DNA from: Alphaproteobacteria bacterium
Lineage (GTDB): Bacteria; Pseudomonadota; Alphaproteobacteria; CBDDJK01
DNA: 64,000 nt
Direction of reading: 5' to 3'
NCBI GenBank assembly: GCA_965229675.1
Contig: OZ245897.1
Span: 1,185,127-1,249,126 of the forward strand
The stretch's first letter is position 1. Every line of letters begins with the position of its first letter. Position numbers and translations under genes: made by a program. The notes beneath the pieces were generated by a model. That model did not search any database. It was not told where the DNA came from and saw nothing but the letters and a program-made list of their open reading frames with translations. Positions 38,936 to 47,172 of the stretch are shown one piece after another.

Positions 38936-40060
38936 ATGCTGATCAGACGCCATCGCCAACAAACCGATATTTGGCCAGGATTTGTTGATTCTCTTTCAGC
39001 ATTGATTATGGTCATTATCTTTTTATTGATGATTTTTGTTGTCGCACAATTTTTTCTTGGGGAAACTTTATCAGGGCGCAATCGCGAAGTCGGGATACTC
39101 AATCAGGAACTATCAAAATTAGCTGAAATTTTAGCATTAGAAGAGCGCAAAACAGAAAGCCTTTCTAACCAGCTTACTAATTTACAACAGGAATTAACCG
39201 CCAGCCTCAACGAAAATAAAAATTTAAAAACAACATTGGAAACTACCCAACAAGCATTGCAAGCCACCACCTCAGAATTAGATGAAATGACAAAATCGTT
39301 TCTTGCGCTTGAGGCGAATGTCCGTGCGCTTGAAGCAAAACGCGATGATTTAATTAATGATATTGCAAGCCGCGATCAAAGATTAGAGGAAGCTGAACGC
39401 CAGCAAATCAAGGATCAAGCAGAATTATCCTTATTAAACCAACAAATGCAAGCCTTACGCGAGCAATTAGGCCGCTTGGAGCAATTATTATCAGAGGCTG
39501 AACAACGCAACAAAGAAGCAAATGCACAAATTGTTGATTTGGGGAAACGGTTAAATGTTGCATTGGCAACCAAGGTCAGCGAGCTTGCACAATATCGTTC
39601 AGAATTTTTTGGTAAATTACGTGAAATTTTAGGTAAGCGTGAAGATATTAAAATCGTTGGGGATCGGTTTGTATTTCAATCGGAAGTTTTATTTGATCAA
39701 GGTGCTGCCGAGCTTGGCGTTGAAGGGCAATTACAATTAGCGCGGTTATCCAAGACTTTAAAAGAAATTACCGATAGCATTCCAGCCGACTTAAAATGGA
39801 TTTTGCAGGTTGAAGGCCATACGGATACAATCCCCATTCAAACCACAGCTTTTCCTTCAAATTGGGAATTATCGCTTGCGCGTGCCTTATCGGTTGTGCG
39901 CTTTTTAATTGGTCAGGGCATTGCACCAGAACGCCTATCTGCCGCAGGGTTTGGGGAGTTTCAACCCCTTAATCCAGCCGATACGCCAACCGCCCACAGG
40001 CAAAACCGCCGTATTGAGTTAAAACTTACAGATCGTGCAGAAACTGATAAAAGAGAATAA
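38936..40060 (+). CDS. MotB/OmpA-family protein: MotB-like TM with the conserved Asp, a ~200-aa coiled coil, and a C-terminal OmpA-like peptidoglycan-binding domain
   Basis: The N-terminus IWPGFVDSLSALIMVIIFLLMIF matches the MotB/ExbD/TolR plug and TM with the protonatable Asp. The C-terminus (VLFDQGAAEL…HTDTIP…NRRIEL) is an OmpA_C-like domain. Confidence 0.65.
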   Translation: MLIRRHRQQTDIWPGFVDSLSALIMVIIFLLMIFVVAQFFLGETLSGRNREVGILNQELSKLAEILALEERKTESLSNQLTNLQQELTASLNENKNLKTTLETTQQALQATTSELDEMTKSFLALEANVRALEAKRDDLINDIASRDQRLEEAERQQIKDQAELSLLNQQMQALREQLGRLEQLLSEAEQRNKEANAQIVDLGKRLNVALATKVSELAQYRSEFFGKLREILGKREDIKIVGDRFVFQSEVLFDQGAAELGVEGQLQLARLSKTLKEITDSIPADLKWILQVEGHTDTIPIQTTAFPSNWELSLARALSVVRFLIGQGIAPERLSAAGFGEFQPLNPADTPTAHRQNRRIELKLTDRAETDKRE

Positions 40061-40062
40061 AA

Positions 40063-41643
40063 TTACTCAGCCGTGCCTAATTCAGCTTTACGGTTTTTAA
40101 TATATTCCTGCAATTTTCCATCAATCATTGAATCCAATTCAGGGGCTTGATAGGTTTCAAGTGCCTGCTTCCATGCCTTATTTGCACGCGTACTCATATC
40201 AAGCTCACCTTCTTGTAGCCATTGTTCATAGCTATTATGATCCATCAAAGGCGAACGATAAAAAGCAGACTCAAAGTTACGAAGCGTATGATTGCATCCA
40301 AGATAATGACTGCCAGGACCAACCTCTTCAATTGCATCCATTGCCTGCCCTTCTTCCGTAAAATCAGGGCCATTAGCAAAGCGTACCATCATCGCTGCTT
40401 GATCAGCATCCATCATAAATTTTTCATAACTCATCACCAGCCCGCCTTCCAGCCAGCCTGCGGTATGTAGCATGAAATTCACGCCGCCTAATAATGCAGT
40501 TTGTAGCGTATTTGCAGATTCAAATGCAGCTTGTGCATCAGGAATTTTTGAACCACATAACCCACCACCAGAACGAAATGGAATGCCAAGACGGCGTGCA
40601 AGCTGTCCTGCGCCATAAAGCACCCATGACGCTTCAGGTGTACCAAAAGTTGGTGCGCCTGATTGCATTGAAATTGAGGCCGCAAATGTTCCAAACACCA
40701 CGGGCGCACCTTTTCGAACAATTTGGGTAAGTGCCGCCCCACTTAAAACTTCTGCATAGATTTGAGCAAGCGTGCCTGCGGCGGTTACAGGACTCATCGC
40801 CCCTGAAAGAATAAAGGGGGAGACAACACAGGCTTGATTATTGCGCGCATAAACTTTTAATGCGCCAAGCATCATATTATCCCACACCATCGGACTGTTG
40901 GCATTGATCAAGTTTAACATCACACAATTTTGATCAACAAAGTCTTCACCAAAGACAATTTTACAAAGTTCAACGCTATCTTGCGCGCGTTCAGGAGCCG
41001 TCACTGACCCCATGAATGGCTTATCACTGTAACGAATATGCGAATAAACCATATCAAGATGGCGGACATTCACAGGAATATCAACAGGTTCGCAAACCGT
41101 TCCCCCTGAATGTTGCAATCCGGGGGAGAGATAAGCAAGTTTCACAAAATTTTCAAAATCTTTAAGGGTGGCATAACGCCGTCCTCCATCTAAGTCCCTT
41201 ACAAAAGGTGGACCATAGGCTGGCACAAGTACAATATGCTCCCCACCAATCATCACGGAACGTTGCGGGTTTCGGGCATGTTGCATAAATTCCTTGGGTG
41301 CATTATCTTGAATCAGGCTTTGGCAAAGCCCTTCAGGAAAACAAACGCGCGAGCCATTAACCTTACATCCCGCATCGCTGAGTAGGCTTAAAACTTCTTC
41401 ATCTTCACGAAAATCAATGCCATATTGGCTTAAAATTCGATTGGCATTGCCTTCAATCTGATCAAGCTGGGCTTCAGTTAATAAAGTAAAAGGTTCAAAT
41501 TGACGTTTAACAATCGCTCCGCCACTGGCGGCAGCCTTTGCTGTTTCTTGACGCGCAGCTTGACGTCCTGCTCTTCCGCCACCAGAGCGTCCCCCACCAG
41601 CACGGCGTTTCGTTTCAGCATGTTCACTCGATTGTTGTTCCAT
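40063..41643 (-). CDS. MttB-superfamily methyltransferase (non-pyrrolysine; quaternary-amine:corrinoid/THF methyltransferase-like)
   Basis: 526 aa TIM-barrel MttB-family member with no in-frame amber codon, and an RGG-rich N-terminal extension (RRAGGGRSGGGRAGRQAARQ). Confidence 0.7.
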   Translation of the reverse strand: MEQQSSEHAETKRRAGGGRSGGGRAGRQAARQETAKAAASGGAIVKRQFEPFTLLTEAQLDQIEGNANRILSQYGIDFREDEEVLSLLSDAGCKVNGSRVCFPEGLCQSLIQDNAPKEFMQHARNPQRSVMIGGEHIVLVPAYGPPFVRDLDGGRRYATLKDFENFVKLAYLSPGLQHSGGTVCEPVDIPVNVRHLDMVYSHIRYSDKPFMGSVTAPERAQDSVELCKIVFGEDFVDQNCVMLNLINANSPMVWDNMMLGALKVYARNNQACVVSPFILSGAMSPVTAAGTLAQIYAEVLSGAALTQIVRKGAPVVFGTFAASISMQSGAPTFGTPEASWVLYGAGQLARRLGIPFRSGGGLCGSKIPDAQAAFESANTLQTALLGGVNFMLHTAGWLEGGLVMSYEKFMMDADQAAMMVRFANGPDFTEEGQAMDAIEEVGPGSHYLGCNHTLRNFESAFYRSPLMDHNSYEQWLQEGELDMSTRANKAWKQALETYQAPELDSMIDGKLQEYIKNRKAELGTAE

Positions 41644-41765
41644 CCTATCCCTCTTAAAAAATAATTAAATCTAACCCATCAATAAATTAAGGCAACATAA
41701 CCAATAATTCGGATAACGACTTATCCAATGGATTTTGCGCCATTATTCAGTAATAGTTGCTTATT

Positions 41766-43265
41766 TTAAGCAGAACCAGGGAAGTTTAATTGTGCGCCAG
41801 CGCGAATCCCTGTTGGCCATCTGGAAGAAACCGTTTTAAGGCGGGTGTAAAAATTAATTCCTTCTGGTCCATAAATTGGATTAGAGCCAAAGAAAGACTG
41901 TTTCCAGCCGCCAAAAGAGTGGTACGCAACAGGAACGGGAATTGGCACATTGATTCCAACCATGCCAACTTCAATATGATTAGCAAAATTACGTGCCGCA
42001 TCGCCATCACGGGTAAAAATGGCAACTCCGTTGGCATAATGGTGATTATGGATCAAGGAAACAGCATCGTCAAATGAATCTACGCGAACGGTTGATAGAA
42101 CTGGGCCAAAAATCTCTTCACGATAAATTGACATGTCTGGTGTAACCCGATCAAATAAACTGCCTCCCATGAAGAACCCATCTTCATAGCCCTGCATTTT
42201 AAAATCACGCCCATCAACAACCAGTTCTGCCCCTTCTTTCACACCTTGATCAATATAATCTACAACCCGATCATAATGTTGCTTGGTTACTAAAGGCCCC
42301 ATTTCAGCAACCTTATCAGTAGCAGGGCCAATTTTTAAACTTGAGACACGCGGAGCTAGCTTATCAATAAGCCGATCAGCCGTTTCTTGACCAACAGGAA
42401 CAGCAACCGAAATTGCCATGCACCGTTCGCCAGCCGAACCGTAACCCGCACCAATCAAAGCATCTGCAGCTTGGTCTAAATCCGCATCTGGAAGAATGAC
42501 CATGTGGTTTTTCGCTCCACCTAAGGCTTGCACCCGCTTATGATTTGCGGTTCCTGTTTGATAGACATAGGCGGCAATCGGCGTTGAGCCAACAAAGCTA
42601 ACCGCTTTAATATCTGGATCGGTTAAAATCGCATCTACAACCTCTTTATCACCATTAACCAGTTGTAAGACATTCGGCGGGAAGCCAGCTTCAATAAATA
42701 ATTCATAAAGCAATAATGGCGTGGATGGATCGCATTCTGAAGGTTTTAAAATAAAACTATTGCCGCAAACAATGGCAAGAGGGAACATCCATAACGGCAC
42801 CATCGCAGGAAAATTAAATGGTGTAATTCCAGCACAAACGCCCATCGGCATCCGCAAAGTGTAGCTATCAACCGCAGGCCCAACATTTCTGGAATACTCA
42901 CCTTTAAGCAGATGAGGAATACCGCAGGCAAATTCAACATTTTCAATCCCGCGTTGAACTTCGCCTAGCGCATCTTCATAAACTTTGCCATGTTCTTCAC
43001 CAAGTAGCTTTGCAAGCTTATCTTGATTTTTAACCAGCAATTCACGGTAAGCCATCATCATACGTGCTTTTTTGGCAGGTGGCACCTCGCTCCATTCAGG
43101 AAAGGCTGCTTTGGCTGAAGCCACAGCTTGCCGTAATTCATCCGCACTGCATAAGCCTAAACTTGCAGTCTGTTGACCCGTTGCTGGATTATGAACTGCG
43201 GAAACACGCCCACTTGCAGTATGAAACACAGCCCCATCAATCATGCTATGAATTGGCTTGGTCAT
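41766..43265 (-). CDS. mmsA: CoA-acylating methylmalonate-semialdehyde dehydrogenase
   Basis: 499 aa ALDH-superfamily protein with an MMSDH-type N-terminus and catalytic Cys (GERCMA) and no catalytic-Glu ELGG motif, consistent with the CoA-acylating subgroup. Confidence 0.8.
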   Translation of the reverse strand: MTKPIHSMIDGAVFHTASGRVSAVHNPATGQQTASLGLCSADELRQAVASAKAAFPEWSEVPPAKKARMMMAYRELLVKNQDKLAKLLGEEHGKVYEDALGEVQRGIENVEFACGIPHLLKGEYSRNVGPAVDSYTLRMPMGVCAGITPFNFPAMVPLWMFPLAIVCGNSFILKPSECDPSTPLLLYELFIEAGFPPNVLQLVNGDKEVVDAILTDPDIKAVSFVGSTPIAAYVYQTGTANHKRVQALGGAKNHMVILPDADLDQAADALIGAGYGSAGERCMAISVAVPVGQETADRLIDKLAPRVSSLKIGPATDKVAEMGPLVTKQHYDRVVDYIDQGVKEGAELVVDGRDFKMQGYEDGFFMGGSLFDRVTPDMSIYREEIFGPVLSTVRVDSFDDAVSLIHNHHYANGVAIFTRDGDAARNFANHIEVGMVGINVPIPVPVAYHSFGGWKQSFFGSNPIYGPEGINFYTRLKTVSSRWPTGIRAGAQLNFPGSA

Positions 43266-43297
43266 TTTATCTCCCCCTTTCTCTAATCCAATGTGAA

Positions 43298-43798
43298 TCA
43301 GGCTTTTTTACTGCTTGTTGTTGCAGTAGATGCCACTGCACTGGAAGAACCAACAGAGGCACTTTCATCGGTTTTAGGTGATTTTGTTGAACTTTGGTTA
43401 TAATTTTTATGCTTTAACTGACCATTAATTTGTGCGCCTTCATGAACTTGCAGCAGCTCATAAAGTATATCCCCCTGAATTTTAGCAGAAGGATGCAAGA
43501 CAATCCTACGTGCGGTTATATTACCGTTGACACTACCAGAGATTGCCGCCTCCTCCGCTTCAATGCTACCGATCACATGGCCACTTTCCCCAATTGTTAG
43601 AATATTAGAGCGCACATTACCTTCAATTGAACCATCAATCTGCAAATCCCCATCATTATCCAAATCACCTGAAAGGCGGAAATTCGCCGCTAAAACAGAA
43701 AGTGGCACATCTGCCTTTGCTGATTGTGATGAAAATTTAGGATCCATTGTTGTCATGCCCTTCGGATTGGTTTGTGGTTTTTGTGATTTTGTAAACAT
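43298..43798 (-). CDS. bacA: Bactofilin (DUF583) cytoskeletal protein
   Basis: Beta-helical repeat region (LSGDLDNDGDLQIDGSIEGNV…HVIGSIEAEEAAISGSVNGNITARRIVL) and a Ser/Thr-rich tail. The start MFTKSQ has an AGGCAGGA ribosome-binding site. Confidence 0.75.
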   Translation of the reverse strand: MFTKSQKPQTNPKGMTTMDPKFSSQSAKADVPLSVLAANFRLSGDLDNDGDLQIDGSIEGNVRSNILTIGESGHVIGSIEAEEAAISGSVNGNITARRIVLHPSAKIQGDILYELLQVHEGAQINGQLKHKNYNQSSTKSPKTDESASVGSSSAVASTATTSSKKA

Positions 43799-45089
43799 AG
43801 CGTCCTGCCTTAATAAATGGTTCTGGGTCAATATGTTGACCGTTCATAATAATTTCAAAATGCAAATGCGGGCCAGTTGAGCGACCAGTGCTACCAAGTG
43901 TACCAATCACATCTCGGTAGGCAACTTCATCTCCACGCTTAACCTTCATTTGCTTTAAATGGCCATAGCGTGTGGTAATTTTACACCCATGGTCAATTTC
44001 AATACGCTTTCCATATCCTGTATTACGATCCGACTTTACAACTTTTCCAGCGGCCGCAGCATAAATATTGATCCCTGGCCACCCCCCAAGATCAAGCCCT
44101 GCATGCATTGCAGGCCTTCCATTAATTGGGTCTTTACGCTGTCCAAAACGGCTGGTCACATGATAATAATCAACAGGCGCGCTTAGTGGCAAACAAGATA
44201 GCAATCTATCCATTGCTTCCAATTTAGCCAGATCAAAATCCATTTCTTGCTGTTGTTCAAATAAAGCTAAAGCCGAACCTGTTAAGCCATCATAATTTGC
44301 CATTTTATCTGGCGTGTCACCACCTGCCGCAGGATTAACGCCTACCAACGTCAATAATTTTGTAAGGCTAACCCCTGTCCTTTTTAAGACTTGCTCACGG
44401 CTATAAAGGTCTTGCTTCACAAACCCATGAAATTGATTGGTTAGATTCGCCTGAAGCGTATAAAGTTCATCAAGGCGATTGACCTGTTCGTCAACAGCAC
44501 CAGCCATCGCGACAGGATCATCTTCATCCGATTCAACAGATACCAATGCGTTTAAACCTTTAAGCGATTCAAGCATTTGACCACGCGCTTGTTGTTCTGC
44601 TGATAATTGATCATTTAAATTTTTCACCTGTGCAAATAGGTGATCACGCGATTTAACCATTTGCTCCGCCAATAGCTGGTCACCCTCAAGATCAATCTCC
44701 AACCGCATCATAAACGCATCCAACGTATTGCGCAGTGCCTTCATTGCATCGCCATCCGATGTTTCTATCTTATCAGACTCATTTAACTGATCGGTTAAGC
44801 GTTGATTTAACTGGGTTTGATGATGGCGCATATCCTGAATAAGATCATTATAAGCAACGCGTCCTTCTTGGATAATTTGATCACGAGCCGCAATTTCCGT
44901 TGATTGATAGCCAGCATAAAGAGTAATGACCAGCGCAAAACCAACGATAGATACGGCAAGCGCACTGAATAAAATTTGAACAGGGACACTAAGACGCAGA
45001 TAACGCATCTTACCATCACGGCGCAGAATAACCTCTCGCTCATGATATATTTTTTTCAAAAAAACAGTGATGGCGTTTGAAATACGCAA
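43737..45089 (-). CDS. Bitopic M23 (LytM-type) metallopeptidase with a coiled-coil linker, LmdC-like
   Basis: 450 aa with an N-terminal cytoplasmic tail, one TM, about 250 aa of coiled coil, and a C-terminal M23 domain (HAGLDLG…HLHFEI). Its stop overlaps the bactofilin start. Confidence 0.8.
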   Translation of the reverse strand: MRISNAITVFLKKIYHEREVILRRDGKMRYLRLSVPVQILFSALAVSIVGFALVITLYAGYQSTEIAARDQIIQEGRVAYNDLIQDMRHHQTQLNQRLTDQLNESDKIETSDGDAMKALRNTLDAFMMRLEIDLEGDQLLAEQMVKSRDHLFAQVKNLNDQLSAEQQARGQMLESLKGLNALVSVESDEDDPVAMAGAVDEQVNRLDELYTLQANLTNQFHGFVKQDLYSREQVLKRTGVSLTKLLTLVGVNPAAGGDTPDKMANYDGLTGSALALFEQQQEMDFDLAKLEAMDRLLSCLPLSAPVDYYHVTSRFGQRKDPINGRPAMHAGLDLGGWPGINIYAAAAGKVVKSDRNTGYGKRIEIDHGCKITTRYGHLKQMKVKRGDEVAYRDVIGTLGSTGRSTGPHLHFEIIMNGQHIDPEPFIKAGRYVYKITKTTNQSEGHDNNGS

Positions 45090-46234
45090 AAAAATCTCCA
45101 GCCGTAGAATTATTTATTTAAATTTAAACAGACTAAATATTTTAATGATTTCGCCCTAAAACACAAGCCTATAATGATTAAATTTTAACAACCATATAAT
45201 AAAACCTAAGCAATGAAACAGTGAAACAAACTGTTTAAAAGAAAACGACCCAAGAAATATTGCTTTTTTTACTTGACTTTTAAATTTTAATAGTGTTGTA
45301 TCATAAATAGCGGCTTTGTTAAGGCGTTTGACTGGAGAGAGAGTTTTAATAATCCAGCTCAAATGTTCTGATTGTTGGAGGTCGTTTATAATAGCAACAG
45401 AATTTGTTGTTATTTTAATCAAGTTGCATCTTAAGCTTCCCAGAAGGGATGCCGGAGGCGGGTTGATTAGCTTGATGATAGAGAGAGGATAGAAGTTCAT
45501 CGCTTGCATCTATAATTAAAGCAAAAAATATTTTGATTTTTATTTAACGGCAAGAATTAGCCGCAAAATCAAAGTAACTTGGCTTATAGTATGTTGTAGG
45601 AAATGATCTTTGTCATTGTTTTGGATTCTTTTGGGTCAATTTGACTTTAAAGAATTTTTTAATCTTCTTTTTTAATCATGAGCTTAATCAACATCAAATA
45701 ATTTTGATAAATTATTTGGTTCCATTCTGGTAACCCGTAGGGAAATCCTAGATAATTTATCGAAGTTGACATATATGATCGACTGGCCATATGGTTCCAG
45801 TCTGTCTTTCTGAATTGGAGTTGAGAGGCCAGTTTGAAAAGTCAATCATATAAATTGTTAAGGCATGTTTATTAGGAATTTGATTGCCTGTCTGCTTCGA
45901 TTGATATCTTTTTCTTTTTCCTTCTTTTAATTGCCAGATATCGGAATTAAACCCGCCATTTTACCATATATGTCGATTGCGACAGTTATTTATGGTAGCA
46001 TTTGATTGAGTGGCCTCCATGATTTTCATCAGGACGTTGGGTGGATATTTGATCAAAAAAACTAGTCTTTTTTATGCGCTATAAAGCTGGAGTGTTTTCA
46101 GCAAAAATGATTGTCAGTTTTGCGTTTTGAAAATACGAAAAAATAAACTGAGTGGAGTGTTTTTTTTACTAAACAATGTTTAGATAAAAACGCTTTAAAA
46201 AACGAGAACGTTTTTACGAAAAGAGAGAGAAAAA

Positions 46235-47125
46235 ATGGCTAGAGAAATCAATTTAAATTCATCCCAGCGGGATGTTTTACTTCAACTGCGCAATGTTGAT
46301 CGGCTTGCGGATCGTACTAATGAACGCCTTAGTACTGGCGAAAAGGTCAATTCAATTACCGATGATGCAATTGCTTATTTTCAGGCTTTTGCCTTGGATG
46401 GGCGTGCAGAATTGCTTACAGGTAAAAAAACTGAAATTGATCAGGGCGTATCAGCAATTTCAGCATCGATTGATGCAATTGAATCAGTCAATGATTTGCT
46501 GGATACGATGAAAGGCATTGCAGAATCTATTGCAACGCAAACTACGGCTGAGAAAGTAAGTTCAACCGAACAATTTAATGAAATTGGCAATCAGATATCT
46601 AGTTTGATTGAGGATGCGTCTTATAATGGTATCAATTTACTTAATTCAACGGCAAATTCATTGGATGTTTCTTTTTCAGACCGTGCAGGTTCGGAGCTAA
46701 ATTTAGCAGGCGCAGATCTAAATTCAACTACGGTTAGCGATGCTGCCCTCTTTGAGAATGTTGCGTTTGATTCTAACTTAGATTTCTTGGGCGTTTCAAC
46801 ATTAGGCGTGAATATCCAAGGATTTTCAGTTGCAACCACCAGTGATATCGATACAATTACACAAAGTATAGATGACGCAGTTTCAAGACTTCAAAGCTTG
46901 GCAAATTCTTATGGAAGCTATGTTTCTGTGCTTGAGTCGCGCTCTGAATTTACAGAAAATTATATTTCAACCTTGGAAGAGGGAGCGGATAAGCTAACAT
47001 TAGCGGATCTTGATGAAGAATCGGCCAATTTAACGGCGTTGCAAACCCGTCAAGAGCTTAGTGTTGAAACGCTAGCAATTTCTGGTGAGATGGAGCGTTA
47101 TACATTGAAATTATTAACCGATTAA
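46235..47125 (+). CDS. Flagellin (short, Caulobacter-type, about 30 kDa)
   Basis: 296 aa whose N-terminal (…RLSTGEKVNSITDDAIAYF…) and C-terminal (…LTALQTRQELSVETLAISG…) helical segments match the conserved flagellin D0/D1 regions, with an FNGxxLL-like core (YNGINLLNS). No other flagellar genes are in the window. Confidence 0.7.
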   Translation: MAREINLNSSQRDVLLQLRNVDRLADRTNERLSTGEKVNSITDDAIAYFQAFALDGRAELLTGKKTEIDQGVSAISASIDAIESVNDLLDTMKGIAESIATQTTAEKVSSTEQFNEIGNQISSLIEDASYNGINLLNSTANSLDVSFSDRAGSELNLAGADLNSTTVSDAALFENVAFDSNLDFLGVSTLGVNIQGFSVATTSDIDTITQSIDDAVSRLQSLANSYGSYVSVLESRSEFTENYISTLEEGADKLTLADLDEESANLTALQTRQELSVETLAISGEMERYTLKLLTD

Positions 47126-47172
47126 GCTAAACAAAATCCGTTTTTTAATCATTTTTATGTAAAGGGCGGATT

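Noticed and set aside
37621-41643. Complete Zorya system
   Set aside because: Only the ZorA/ZorB-like pair is present. The flanking genes are NifU (upstream) and a convergent MttB (downstream), with no ZorC/D/E-like effector genes.
45156-45509. 117-aa ORF on the minus strand inside the AT-rich region
   Set aside because: The product is low-complexity (Leu/Ile/Lys/Phe-rich), no motif is recognisable and the DNA is AT-rich. It is most likely a chance ORF.
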